In this document: piece after piece, positions 34,811 through 44,934 of the stretch | How positions within the stretch are numbered: the stretch's first letter is position 1 | Layout: every line of letters starts with the position of its first letter | NCBI GenBank assembly: GCA_031278095.1 | Contig: JAITLC010000148.1 | Location: 12,602 to 76,601, forward strand | Source of the DNA: Treponema sp. | GTDB lineage: Bacteria; Spirochaetota; Spirochaetia; Treponematales; Breznakiellaceae | DNA: 64,000 nt | Reading direction: 5' to 3' | The notes under the pieces: model-generated | What the model saw: the letters and a program-made list of their open reading frames with translations, nothing else | Database searches by the model: none | What the model was told of the DNA's origin: nothing | Made by a program: the position numbers and the translations under genes

Positions 34811-35287
34811 ATGAAAACAAAACTGTTTTGGTTTGGGATATTTTGCGGAATTATACTTGTATTTTTTCTCTTCGATTTTATCCTGTCAAAACAGTACGCC
34901 ATTGAATTGATCGGCGTTTCACCTGACCCCATCGTAATGGACGGGTCCACGCCGGTCAATATTCAGGTTAAACTGATCCGCCGCGGGGGAGAACCCGTGG
35001 AAGGCCACGACATATACGCCCTTTCTCTGGATGGCGGGCAATTCCAGGCTTACCGGAAAAAGACCGGCAGCCGGGGCAGGGTTTCTTTTACCTATTTTCC
35101 CTATCTTGCGGATAAAACAAACCCCCTCCATGACATCCGCTTTGAATTCAGGGATGAATCAAATTCGGTTTTTATTGAGGTAAACGCGAAGAATATATTT
35201 ACCATTTCCGCCGTAGAAGGCCGGGCGGCGGTCAGGGAAAGCGCGTTTACATTAAAAAGCATCTTTGGAGAACAGGAGGCCCCATGA
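34811..35287 (+). CDS. Membrane-anchored hypothetical protein (possible Ig-like beta domain)
   Basis: 158 aa with one N-terminal TM helix followed by a beta-rich segment. It is embedded between the SBP and permease genes, and its stop overlaps the next start. Confidence 0.5.
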   Translation: MKTKLFWFGIFCGIILVFFLFDFILSKQYAIELIGVSPDPIVMDGSTPVNIQVKLIRRGGEPVEGHDIYALSLDGGQFQAYRKKTGSRGRVSFTYFPYLADKTNPLHDIRFEFRDESNSVFIEVNAKNIFTISAVEGRAAVRESAFTLKSIFGEQEAP

Positions 35288-36195
35288 TAAAAGGCGGAAA
35301 AAGCCTCCGGGCAAGGATTTTTGAGGCGAGGACCGCGTATCTTTTTCTTCTGCCTCTAATGGGGCTTCTTGTTATTTTCAACTATTACCCGCCTATAAGC
35401 GGGCTCTACCGTTCCCTTTTTAATTGGGATGCGGCTTTCAAGTCCGAATTTATCGGTTTCGATAACTTTAGGGAACTTTTCAAGGATCAATATTTTATAC
35501 ACTCAATTCCCACAATGTTTAAAATAATGATCCCAAAGCTGCTTATCAACATCGTAGTTCCCCTTATTGCGGCGGAAATGATCTTCTGTGTTAAATCGGC
35601 CGCCGCCCGCTACGCCTACCGGGTAGCCATACTGCTTCCCATCGTGGCCCCCGGGGTGGTGGGGCTTCTGGTGTGGAAATTCATGTATGATCCCATAAAC
35701 GGCCCAATCACGGCATTGGCGCGGCTTTTTGGCATTCTGGATCAGGGCGAGATCGTTTCCTGGCTGGGGGATCCAAAAATAGTGATCCCATCGATTATTT
35801 TTCTTGGTTTTCCCTGGGTAGGCGGTACCAGCGTATTGATCTATATGTCCGGGCTTATGAATATTTCCTCTGAGATGATTGAAAGTTCAAGGCTCGACAG
35901 CGCCAATATCATGCAACGCATTTTTAAAATCGACATACCCATGATCCTTGGACAGATAAAGTATTTTCTTGTGTTCGGCATTATCGGAGGCCTTCAGGAT
36001 TACGGCATACAGATCATCCTTACCAGAGGAGGTCCGGGTTACGCAACTTATGTTCCGGGTTACTATATGTACCTTCAGGCTTTTAACAACGGAAGAATGG
36101 GGTATGCCAGCGCCATAGGTACGATCATGTTTTTTGTGATTCTCTCTTTGACAATTGTCAACTACAGGTTCTTCAATACCGAAAACGATATTTAA
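35284..36195 (+). CDS. Sugar ABC transporter permease (MalF/UgpA-like)
   Basis: 303 aa with 6 TM segments and an EAA-like loop region (ESSRLDSANIMQRIFKIDIP). Confidence 0.8.
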   Translation: MIKGGKSLRARIFEARTAYLFLLPLMGLLVIFNYYPPISGLYRSLFNWDAAFKSEFIGFDNFRELFKDQYFIHSIPTMFKIMIPKLLINIVVPLIAAEMIFCVKSAAARYAYRVAILLPIVAPGVVGLLVWKFMYDPINGPITALARLFGILDQGEIVSWLGDPKIVIPSIIFLGFPWVGGTSVLIYMSGLMNISSEMIESSRLDSANIMQRIFKIDIPMILGQIKYFLVFGIIGGLQDYGIQIILTRGGPGYATYVPGYYMYLQAFNNGRMGYASAIGTIMFFVILSLTIVNYRFFNTENDI

Positions 36196-36204
36196 GGAAT
36201 AGCT

Positions 36205-37041
36205 ATGCAAAAAAAGGCTTCAAAATTTTCCGTTTATCAAGTGGTCCTTCATGGGGTGCTTGCGGTGATGCTGCTTCTCATGCTCTACCCTCTGGTCATG
36301 AGCTTCTGGAACGCCTTCAAGAACGAATTGGGTTTTATTTATTCCCGATGGTACCCCACGATTCCCCTGCGGTACAGGAACTTTGTCGTAGCTTTTCCAA
36401 AGATCTGGAGATATATATACAATACTCTGACCGTTGCGGTATTCGGAATCATCGGCCTTTTGTTTGTTTCTTCCCTTGGAGCCTATGCTTTTGCGCGGAT
36501 GAAATTCCCCGGTAAAGAATTTATTTATATGGCTGTAATCGCGCTTATGATGATACCGGACATCCTTACCCTTGTGCCGCGGTTCATGCTGTACAAGGGT
36601 TTCGGGGCGCTTGATACCCCGCTGGTACTCATTATTCCCATGATAACCGGCGGGTCTGTGTTCGGAACCTTTCTGCTGCGGGCGTTTTTTGGAGGCGTAC
36701 CGGAAGACATTTTCGAGGCCGCCCGTATTGACGGCGCCAATGAATTCCGTGTGTACTATTCAATTTGTCTTCCCCTGTGCATCCCAATTTTGGGAACCTT
36801 AACCATAATGCAAATATCAAATATCTGGAACGACTACCTTTGGCCCATGATAACACAGCAGCATCACGAAAATCTGACCATCTCCGCGGGACTGATCGTT
36901 GAATTCGTAAATGAATATACAACCAATTATCCGGTACAATTCGCGGGTTATCTTTTAAGTTCCCTCCCGCTGATTTTATTGTTCATTTTCGCAAACAAGT
37001 ACTATATTGAAGGGCTTACAAGCTCGGCTATTAAATTCTAA
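36205..37041 (+). CDS. Sugar ABC transporter permease (MalG/UgpE-like)
   Basis: 278 aa with 6 TM segments and an EAA loop (EAARIDGANEFRVYYSICLP). Confidence 0.8.
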   Translation: MQKKASKFSVYQVVLHGVLAVMLLLMLYPLVMSFWNAFKNELGFIYSRWYPTIPLRYRNFVVAFPKIWRYIYNTLTVAVFGIIGLLFVSSLGAYAFARMKFPGKEFIYMAVIALMMIPDILTLVPRFMLYKGFGALDTPLVLIIPMITGGSVFGTFLLRAFFGGVPEDIFEAARIDGANEFRVYYSICLPLCIPILGTLTIMQISNIWNDYLWPMITQQHHENLTISAGLIVEFVNEYTTNYPVQFAGYLLSSLPLILLFIFANKYYIEGLTSSAIKF

Positions 37042-37059
37042 CCTAAGGAGTAAACAAGC

Positions 37060-39219
37060 ATGAATCTCAAAGAATTATTTGACCGCCCTCCTAAAGAATA
37101 CGGCATATATCCCATTATTCATGACAAGATGGACAATTTCGGCTCTATTTTGGAAGATTTGGCAAACAAAGGATTTGCGGGGGTTGCGGCCAATATTAAA
37201 TACGACAGAGAATATCCTGATAATAAACAAAAGTGGCAGAATTTTAACGATGGATGCCGGGCATTTATAGAAAAAGGAATGAAGATATGGATCTACGATG
37301 AGCACGGTTATCCTTCGGGAACTGCGGGCGGCGCGGTATTGGATCGTTTTCCTCAATACGAAAACCTCTGCGTTATGTACTATCCATATTGGAAAACCCT
37401 GCCGGGCCCTCAGGAATACCGCGCGGATATTCCTCCGGGAAAACTGTACAAGGCTTATCTTACAAAAATAGGATCTGACGAATATGTTGACATAAGCGGT
37501 AATCTTAACAGCCGGGGAACCCTTCATTTTGACATTCCTCCCGGCGCATGGAAACTGGCGGTTTTTGTGGTACGGCCTCTCTTTGACAATACCCACAGCG
37601 CCCACAGTTACAGCGAACCCCGGAGATATATCGACCTTTTCAATAAAAAAGCAACGGAGGCCTTTCTCGATGTAACGCATGAAAAATATAAAAATATCCT
37701 GCAGGATGAATTCGGAAAAGGTATTAAAGCATTTTTTACCGATGAGCCCTCCCTTCAAGGCAGTCCCTACAATAACGCATCTTACCCTATTCTTTCCTGG
37801 AGCGATAAATTCCCGGCTCTTTTTAAAAATAAATATGGCTATGAGGCGGGAGAGGCCCTCCTCGCACTGTTTACGGAATTTGGCAAAAATACGGTAAAAA
37901 AATGCTGCGATTTCTGGGAACTACAGGCTGATTTGACGGCGGAAAATTTTTTTGGCGTCATACAGGAATGGTGCAGGAACAATAACGTTTCTTCATCGGG
38001 CCACCTTCTTGTGGAAGAAGAACTTATAGGCCAGACACTTTCCTACGGATCTTATTACCGATGCGCCAAAAAACTGGATTGCCCCGGCATCGATCAGCTT
38101 GAATCGGAACCAACTAACTTAATGAATACCTTCTATATTCCCGCCGCAAGGCTGGCGTCTTCCATCGCCGATGTATACGATCTAAAAGAAACCTTTTCCG
38201 AAGCCTCGGACCACTGGTCCCAGGGAAACGGGCGGCAGATTTCCATGGACTGGATCCGGGCTTCCATGAACTGGCATTTTGCCATGGGAATTAACAATAT
38301 CACTTCATATTACCGGTTTGGATATTTTGAGGACCGGGAGATAAAAGAGCTTAACCGCTATGCGGCCCGCCTTGGCGCGGTACTGCGAAAAGGGGTACGT
38401 TACAGCAGAACCGCGGTTCTTTATCCCGAATGCGCCATGTGGGCCTCGGTAAAGCCTACATGCACCGCCTGGAAGGACGGCGGTCTGGGATTATGGGAAC
38501 ATGGCCAGGGCCCTCAAGCAAAAGAGGTGCAAAGAAATTTTGCCTCCGTTTCCTGGGAATTGTTACACCGGCAGATCGATTTTGATTATATCGACGAAAA
38601 TGAAATTTGCAACGGTACAGCGGATTCCGGCCTTATGAACATACGGAAAAGGAAATACGAGTGTATTGTACTGCCCTGTAGTTTTGTGATGACCCGGAAA
38701 GGCATTGAAAAGATAATCGATTTTCTGGACGGCGGCGGGAAAGTGATCTGTTCGGGACGGATGCCTGAAATTGACAGGGAAACAGGAGAAGATTTTACCG
38801 CAATGCTCTTGCCGTATCTCGTAAAAAAAGATCGGTACATTCTTGTTTCTCCGGATACTTTCGACGATGCCTCTCATCTGCTCCCTAAAACAATAAAGAT
38901 GATACCGGATAATATAATGGGGATCCTTTCGGGCCATGCGGGGAATTTAAAAGGTAAATCCCCGGTATCTGAAAACATACTATCCCATGTAAGAATTGTT
39001 GAAGAGGAGGACGGAAAAACCTCTCTTGTCATATTTTTGTGCAATATGGGGAACCAGATATATTCGGGTATCATTGAAATCGAAGGTGTATGGCGGGCTG
39101 AGAAGGGTTGCCCCGAATCGGGAACAGCGGAAAGCGTTGAAACGATAAATCAAGATAATTTAACTCAGATAAGCCTTTTTATAAAGCCTTACGAGGGTAT
39201 ATTTTATATGTTAAAGTAA
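37060..39219 (+). CDS. Putative glycoside hydrolase, family not assigned
   Basis: 719 aa with no signal peptide. The N-terminal motif IWIYDEHGYPSGTAGG resembles uncharacterised glycosidase families. It lies between the sugar permeases and a GH3 gene. The function is inferred from context only. Confidence 0.45.
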   Translation: MNLKELFDRPPKEYGIYPIIHDKMDNFGSILEDLANKGFAGVAANIKYDREYPDNKQKWQNFNDGCRAFIEKGMKIWIYDEHGYPSGTAGGAVLDRFPQYENLCVMYYPYWKTLPGPQEYRADIPPGKLYKAYLTKIGSDEYVDISGNLNSRGTLHFDIPPGAWKLAVFVVRPLFDNTHSAHSYSEPRRYIDLFNKKATEAFLDVTHEKYKNILQDEFGKGIKAFFTDEPSLQGSPYNNASYPILSWSDKFPALFKNKYGYEAGEALLALFTEFGKNTVKKCCDFWELQADLTAENFFGVIQEWCRNNNVSSSGHLLVEEELIGQTLSYGSYYRCAKKLDCPGIDQLESEPTNLMNTFYIPAARLASSIADVYDLKETFSEASDHWSQGNGRQISMDWIRASMNWHFAMGINNITSYYRFGYFEDREIKELNRYAARLGAVLRKGVRYSRTAVLYPECAMWASVKPTCTAWKDGGLGLWEHGQGPQAKEVQRNFASVSWELLHRQIDFDYIDENEICNGTADSGLMNIRKRKYECIVLPCSFVMTRKGIEKIIDFLDGGGKVICSGRMPEIDRETGEDFTAMLLPYLVKKDRYILVSPDTFDDASHLLPKTIKMIPDNIMGILSGHAGNLKGKSPVSENILSHVRIVEEEDGKTSLVIFLCNMGNQIYSGIIEIEGVWRAEKGCPESGTAESVETINQDNLTQISLFIKPYEGIFYMLK

Positions 39220-39237
39220 AGGAAATTTATAGCGATA

Positions 39238-41625
39238 ATGCGGATCGTAAATAATTGCGTATACAAAGACAGCGGCCGTCTGGTTCACGATCGGGTAACA
39301 GATCTCATAAAGACGATGACCCTGAATCAGAAGATTCGGCAGCTTGCGGGCATACGGATAAACGGCCTCCCTGAGCCGGAAATGATAAAAGACGGTATCG
39401 GCGGGGTGAACATGATCTTTATATCAGAAGCCCCCCGGGAAATAGCCTCCCAAATAAGAGAATGCCAGAAACGGATTACGGCGGCTACACCCCAGGGGAT
39501 TCCCGCTCTATTCCATTGCGAAGCTTTAAGCGGCCCGTTGCAGCCGGGATGCGCGGCGTTTCCTTCTTCTCTCAATTTAGGGGCCTCGTTTGCGCCGGAT
39601 CTGGTCAGGGGCATGGCAGAGAGAACCCGTTCCCAGCTTCTCAACCTGGGTATCCGTCATGCCCTTTCGCCGGTTTTTGATTTAGCAAGGGACTTCCGCT
39701 TTGGAAGGACAAATGAACATTATTCAAGCGATCCTACACTGACCGCCGCGATGGCTTGCGCTTTTGTTAAGGGACTTCAGGGAGATGATTTACGTGAAGG
39801 GATCGCTGCAACGGGCAAACATTTTATTGGTTATTCCTTTGCGGAGGGCGGCCTCCACATGGCGAGGGTGCAGACTGATTGGCGTGATCTCAGGGAAAAT
39901 TTCGCCAAACCTTTTGAGGCCGCTATACGCATGGCGAATTTGCGTTGTGTTATGAACGCCTATTCGGAATATAACGGCCTTCCGGTTTGCGCTTCAAAGG
40001 AATTACTCACGGATCTGCTCCGGGACGATCTTGGTTTCCAGGGACTTGTAGTAAGCGATTACAGTTCTATCGACATGCTGCTTGACAGGGTTAAAATTGC
40101 TGAAAACCGCGCCGAAGCGGCAATCCAGACGCTTACCGCCGGATTGGATATGGAATTCCCGAATCCGTATTGTTTTGGTCCTGATTTACGGGAAGCGGTA
40201 AAGCAAAGCCGTCTTGAAGAAAGTTATATAAACCGGGCGCTGGAAAGAGTCTTAACGCTCAAGTTTGAATTGGGACTATTTGACGAACAGGACAGGGGTT
40301 ATATTGAAATAAACAATTCTGAACATGACAGATATTCAGCGGTTCTTTCTGAAAAATCCATCACCCTGACAAAAAACAGCGGTATTTTGCCCCTGAAAGA
40401 CCGGAACATGAACATAGCGGTAATCGGGCCCGCCGGAAACAGCCTCCTGCTTTTCAATGGAACCTATACATTTTCCGACCGCTATGAAAGTGAAATGATG
40501 ATCAGTCTGGGTAGAAATTCTACCATGGAAGGGATAAAGGAAAAGGACAAACAAGTCAAATTTGAAGGCGATAGGGCCGGGGCGGAGGCTGAAATCTCCG
40601 CTGCGACTGACGAGCTTATACGAAAAGAGCATCCGGGGGTAAAAACCATGTACGAAGCCCTGAAAGAAATATTCCCCAATACGGAATATGTCAGGGGATG
40701 CGGTATTATCGGAGAGGATGAAAGCGGTTTTGAAAAAGCTATTGAAACAGCCCGGAAAGCAAATGTTGTTATCATGGCCATAGGCGGCAAGAATGGCTGG
40801 AATCATACATGCACTTCAGGAGAGGGGATCGATACTTCAAATATTAATTTGCCCGGCATACAGGCGATTCTTATTCAGCGCATATATGCTGTCAATAGCA
40901 GTATAATCATTGTTCATACCGACAACAAACCGCTGATCGACCCCTGGGTATACGATCATGCCCCTGCCATTATCGAAGGATGGCTTCCCGGTATTTTTGG
41001 GGGAAACGCCATAGCCGGGATTATTGCCGGAACAATCAACCCCGGCGGTAAACTTCCCGTAGATATACCCAGAAATACCGGCCAGCAGCCGGTATATTAT
41101 TATCAGCACAGAGGCTGCCGCTCGGAAGAAACTTTTGTAAAGGAGCTGGATAACGCGAGCGATGCCGATCATACTTCACAGCTTCCATTTGGTTATGGTC
41201 TTTCATATACAAATTTCAAATACTCCGGCGGCATGCTGTCGGCAGATACCGGAAAAGATGATATTCCGGTCATCACGGTGTCACTATCCCTGACAAATAC
41301 CGGTGAAATGCGGGGGGATGAAGTTGTACAGCTTTACGGCATTGATGAAATTGCTTCAATAATCCGGCCCCAGAAAGAACTGCTTGGATTCAAACGGGTT
41401 ACTCTTAACCCTGGCGAAACCAGAAGAGTCCGTTTTACCTTCAGGCTTGATCAGATGGCATTTATCAATCCCGCAAAAAAATGGGTCATCGAAAAAGGTT
41501 CATACTGTTTCTATATCGGGAAAGGGGCAAACAATTCTGTATTTACGGCGGAATATATACAGGAAAAAACCATGCTTATCGATCGCGCAAAACGGGGTTT
41601 CTATGCCGAAGCGAAGCTGTTATGA
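39238..41625 (+). CDS. Glycoside hydrolase family 3 (beta-glucosidase/beta-xylosidase-like)
   Basis: GH3 N-domain motifs are present (GKHFIGYS and the nucleophile context LVVSDYSSI). An alpha/beta C-domain and an Fn3-like tail follow (EVVQLYG...KELLGFKRVTLNPGE). Confidence 0.85.
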   Translation: MRIVNNCVYKDSGRLVHDRVTDLIKTMTLNQKIRQLAGIRINGLPEPEMIKDGIGGVNMIFISEAPREIASQIRECQKRITAATPQGIPALFHCEALSGPLQPGCAAFPSSLNLGASFAPDLVRGMAERTRSQLLNLGIRHALSPVFDLARDFRFGRTNEHYSSDPTLTAAMACAFVKGLQGDDLREGIAATGKHFIGYSFAEGGLHMARVQTDWRDLRENFAKPFEAAIRMANLRCVMNAYSEYNGLPVCASKELLTDLLRDDLGFQGLVVSDYSSIDMLLDRVKIAENRAEAAIQTLTAGLDMEFPNPYCFGPDLREAVKQSRLEESYINRALERVLTLKFELGLFDEQDRGYIEINNSEHDRYSAVLSEKSITLTKNSGILPLKDRNMNIAVIGPAGNSLLLFNGTYTFSDRYESEMMISLGRNSTMEGIKEKDKQVKFEGDRAGAEAEISAATDELIRKEHPGVKTMYEALKEIFPNTEYVRGCGIIGEDESGFEKAIETARKANVVIMAIGGKNGWNHTCTSGEGIDTSNINLPGIQAILIQRIYAVNSSIIIVHTDNKPLIDPWVYDHAPAIIEGWLPGIFGGNAIAGIIAGTINPGGKLPVDIPRNTGQQPVYYYQHRGCRSEETFVKELDNASDADHTSQLPFGYGLSYTNFKYSGGMLSADTGKDDIPVITVSLSLTNTGEMRGDEVVQLYGIDEIASIIRPQKELLGFKRVTLNPGETRRVRFTFRLDQMAFINPAKKWVIEKGSYCFYIGKGANNSVFTAEYIQEKTMLIDRAKRGFYAEAKLL

Positions 41626-41679
41626 TCATGCCGGGTATTTGCTATTAAAGATTGACCCGGAAAGGTTCTCTCACCAGGT

Positions 41680-42945
41680 CTAATATTTCCGCAAAAGATC
41701 CAGGGGCTTTAGTCTTCCTGCCCTCACTGCCGGGAGCAGGGCGGCAATAACGGAACAGAGAACCGTCGCACAAATGATTACAAAGACCGCAGACCAGTCG
41801 ATGATGATGGGAATATTTTCAAGATAGTAGCCGGGATCGAGAAGCTTCACCCTTCCTCCGTGGAAGAATCCGGTAACAAGATTCAAAACCGATTCAAGTA
41901 CCTTTACAATGGAATTGATAAAGCAGCCGATCAACAAACCCGCGCTTCCCCCGGCAAGCGCGCCGGTAAGACCTGTCAGAAAGGCTCCCCAGATAAAGAT
42001 CTTGCGGATTTTTTCAGGCCCTGCGCCTGCGGCCTTGAGCACGGCAATGTCTCTCTGCCGCTCAATGACCAGCATGGATGTAGCGGAAGAAACATTCACC
42101 GCAGCTACCAGCACTATCAGCGCCATGATGAAGAGGAGAAGCTGCCGCGTGGATTCGTAGGAACTGTACTGGGACCGCATGAGCTGCTTCCAGGTGTATA
42201 CGCCGTAACCGGAACCTAATACCCGGAAGATTTCCGGAAAGCTGCGTTCAAGATCCTTATAAGGATCATCTGTTTTTACAATAAGATAGGAACTTGAAAG
42301 GCCGGATGAGAGGATACGTTCCGCTCCTTCAAGATTTGTAATACACCAGAGGGCATCAAGCTCCCGGTAACCGGAAGAGACAATACCCTTCACGGTAAAA
42401 GGCGTCATCCGGGGAATGCTTCTGCCGCCGCTTCCCTCACGTATCGTCATGATACGGACTGTGTCTCCCGTTTCCGCACCGACCGATTCCGCAAGTGATT
42501 CTCCCAGAAGCAGTTCACTTTCATTTTCAAGATCCAGAGAACCTGAACGGAGTTCAATGAAACGGACGCTTCCCTGATCCTGCCAGAACGAAGAATCCAG
42601 AGAACGAATCGTGGCGCCGGTCTTTCCTTTTTTCCCGACAAGAACACCAAGACCATACCGTTCTTCCCAGACGCCGCGTATAAGGTTCAAGCCTTCAAGA
42701 CGGGAAATTATTTCATCCCAGTTTTCCGTTTCATCAAAGGAACGAATCTGCAAATGTCCTGTGCCCAATTCGATGTAACGATCCGTTATGCCGCGTATCA
42801 TTCCGTCCGCCACGATGAGGGTAACGACAATGGGGATGAGACTTATCGCAATCCCTGCGGCCGCTCCGCGAAGATAGCGCCCGCCTTCCTTTGCCCTGCC
42901 TAAAAGATACCGGATTGCGATAAAAAAAGCAGCGCCCGTTTTCAC
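41680..42945 (-). CDS. Lipoprotein-release ABC permease, FtsX/MacB-type (LolE-like)
   Basis: 421 aa with one N-terminal TM, a large periplasmic domain and a C-terminal FtsX 3-TM bundle. It is adjacent to a LolD-like ATPase. Confidence 0.75.
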   Translation of the reverse strand: MKTGAAFFIAIRYLLGRAKEGGRYLRGAAAGIAISLIPIVVTLIVADGMIRGITDRYIELGTGHLQIRSFDETENWDEIISRLEGLNLIRGVWEERYGLGVLVGKKGKTGATIRSLDSSFWQDQGSVRFIELRSGSLDLENESELLLGESLAESVGAETGDTVRIMTIREGSGGRSIPRMTPFTVKGIVSSGYRELDALWCITNLEGAERILSSGLSSSYLIVKTDDPYKDLERSFPEIFRVLGSGYGVYTWKQLMRSQYSSYESTRQLLLFIMALIVLVAAVNVSSATSMLVIERQRDIAVLKAAGAGPEKIRKIFIWGAFLTGLTGALAGGSAGLLIGCFINSIVKVLESVLNLVTGFFHGGRVKLLDPGYYLENIPIIIDWSAVFVIICATVLCSVIAALLPAVRAGRLKPLDLLRKY

Positions 42946-43622
42946 AGAAGGACTCCGTGATCCAGCGTATAATGGATGGAAGCGCGGGAGGCTACCTTTT
43001 CATCATGGGTTACAACGATCAGTGTCTTGCCCCATTTTTCCGCGCTGGTATAGAGAAGGCCGGCTACCATGGCGCTGTTATCGGGATCGAGATTCCCGGT
43101 AGGCTCGTCGGCGAGAAGCAGATCAGGATCGTTTATCATTGAACGGGCAACCGCCACTCGCTGCCTTTCACCTCCCGAAAGCTGGGAGGGAAAATGGGAC
43201 AGCCTCCCGTCAAGGCCCACATCGGAAAGCAGAGACCGTGCCTTTTCCAGTGCATTCTTTTTTTTCATACCTGCAATGTATGCGGGAAGCATCACATTTT
43301 CAAGGGCCGTAAAATCCTTGAGAAGATAGTGAAACTGAAAGATGAAACCGACCCGATGGCTCCGGAACGATGAAAGGGCTGCCTCGGGAAGGACGGTAAT
43401 ATCACTGCCGGAAACCAAAACCCTGCCGGAATCCGCCTTGTCAAGGCCCCCGAGAATATTGAGAAGCGTACTCTTGCCGCTTCCGCTCTGACCGGTAACG
43501 GCCACCGCCTTTCCCGTTTCAATTTCGAGGCTGATCCCTTTAAGGATGTGCAGTGTTTCTACACCGGAAACATAATCCTTAACAATATCTTCTATCCTTA
43601 CCAGGACAGGGCCATCACTCAT
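42942..43622 (-). CDS. lolD: Lipoprotein-release ABC ATP-binding protein (LolD-like)
   Basis: [32 protein letters not shown] and [12 protein letters not shown]. The ATG at 43622 (MSDGPVLV...) overlaps the upstream stop; the ORF-track N-terminal extension back to 43787 is not credible. Confidence 0.8.
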   Translation of the reverse strand: MSDGPVLVRIEDIVKDYVSGVETLHILKGISLEIETGKAVAVTGQSGSGKSTLLNILGGLDKADSGRVLVSGSDITVLPEAALSSFRSHRVGFIFQFHYLLKDFTALENVMLPAYIAGMKKKNALEKARSLLSDVGLDGRLSHFPSQLSGGERQRVAVARSMINDPDLLLADEPTGNLDPDNSAMVAGLLYTSAEKWGKTLIVVTHDEKVASRASIHYTLDHGVLL

Positions 43623-44934
43623 AACGCAAAACCTCCGCAGGATTGGTGTGGGAAATTTTTCCGGATGCAAACCACGCGGCAAGCAGGGCGGAAAAAAGTC
43701 CGAACAGATATACAAGAACCACTTCCCGGGCAATAATCCGCGAGGGGATCTCCTTAAGATAAAAGACCGCGGGGGAAAAGACCGCAAACTCTCCGGCTTC
43801 CCCGATTCCCGCCAAATCGAAAAAGAAATTAAGTATCTCTATGCCGCCGTTAACCGCCGCTTCAAGAAAACCAAAGAAGACGGAGATGTTTGAGGCAATG
43901 ACAAGACCCAATACGAGGCCCGAACATGCACCGGTAAAACCGATCAAAAAGCCGTCCCAGACAAAGATAAGCCTTACCGCCCTTTCTCCTGCTCCCACGG
44001 CCCGGAGCAATCCAATCTCTTCCCTTCTTTCAAGCACTGCTCGCCGCTGAGCCTGGAAGATATTGAGACCCACCACGATAAAGATAAGCCCAACCAGAAT
44101 AAACATAAACAGTTTTTCTGTCCGCAGCGCGCCGAAAAAAGCCCGGTTGTAATCACGCCAGCTTGAAAGTTTTACTTCTTCCATCCCGGCAATGGAAGAG
44201 ATGCTTAAGCGGATACGTTCCAGTTCCGGCCCGTCCCGAAAACGGTCATATATCTTGATCCCCATACAGGGTGCGGCATCGGAAATATTCTCAACAGAAT
44301 TAATATTGATATAGGCCCAGCCGAGATCGTATTCATAAAAACCGGTTCTGAACACTCCCCGGATACGGAAGAAACCTGCCGCGGCATCCTCTTCCCCGCT
44401 GTTTCCTGCAAGAAGAGAAGGAATGGAAAATATGTTTACCTCATCTCCAAGGTGAAGCCCGAGTCTCCGGGCTAGTTCCGCGCCAAGTAGAATATCCCGA
44501 TCCCCCCTGATATCAAAGCCTCCTTCCTCAAAATCAAGTTTTGCCTCAAGGCCGGGATCTTTTTCAATGGCGTCAGGCTTCAACCCGCGGACAAGAGCCG
44601 CCTGCTGTCCTCCCCGTTTACCCCTGGCAAGGCCCTGGAATTCCCGGAACGGAACCACCGCACTGATCCCCGGAAGGTTCATAATTCTCTCTTCAAGGAG
44701 CCCGGTGGAATGTGCATCAAAATTTTCAAGCCGTATATGATACGAAGAGATTTCCAGTATGCTTTCGATAAATCCAAGCTGGAAACCGTTCATCACCGCC
44801 AGTATCACTATCAGGGCGAGAACACCGGTTGCAATTCCCAGGATTGCAAGAATGGGAGCGGGTGAATTCTTCCGCCCCCTGCCCACGTAACGGGAAGCTA
44901 CAAAACCAATCCATGAAAAGTGGAATTTATTCAT
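43615..44934 (-). CDS. Lipoprotein-release ABC permease, FtsX/MacB-type (LolC-like)
   Basis: Same architecture as 41680-42945. The ATG at 44934 (MNKFHFSW...) shares one base with the upstream TGA. Confidence 0.75.
   Translation of the reverse strand: MNKFHFSWIGFVASRYVGRGRKNSPAPILAILGIATGVLALIVILAVMNGFQLGFIESILEISSYHIRLENFDAHSTGLLEERIMNLPGISAVVPFREFQGLARGKRGGQQAALVRGLKPDAIEKDPGLEAKLDFEEGGFDIRGDRDILLGAELARRLGLHLGDEVNIFSIPSLLAGNSGEEDAAAGFFRIRGVFRTGFYEYDLGWAYININSVENISDAAPCMGIKIYDRFRDGPELERIRLSISSIAGMEEVKLSSWRDYNRAFFGALRTEKLFMFILVGLIFIVVGLNIFQAQRRAVLERREEIGLLRAVGAGERAVRLIFVWDGFLIGFTGACSGLVLGLVIASNISVFFGFLEAAVNGGIEILNFFFDLAGIGEAGEFAVFSPAVFYLKEIPSRIIAREVVLVYLFGLFSALLAAWFASGKISHTNPAEVLRYE

Noticed and set aside
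43623-43787. N-terminal extensions in the ORF track: LolD back to 43787, the LptD-like gene back to 62594, the 7TM-HD gene back to 57266 and the acidic protein back to 46229.
   Set aside because: These extensions overlap the upstream gene's coding region and translate to implausible sequence. Internal ATGs give proper signal peptides or N-termini and the usual 1-17-nt start/stop overlaps.
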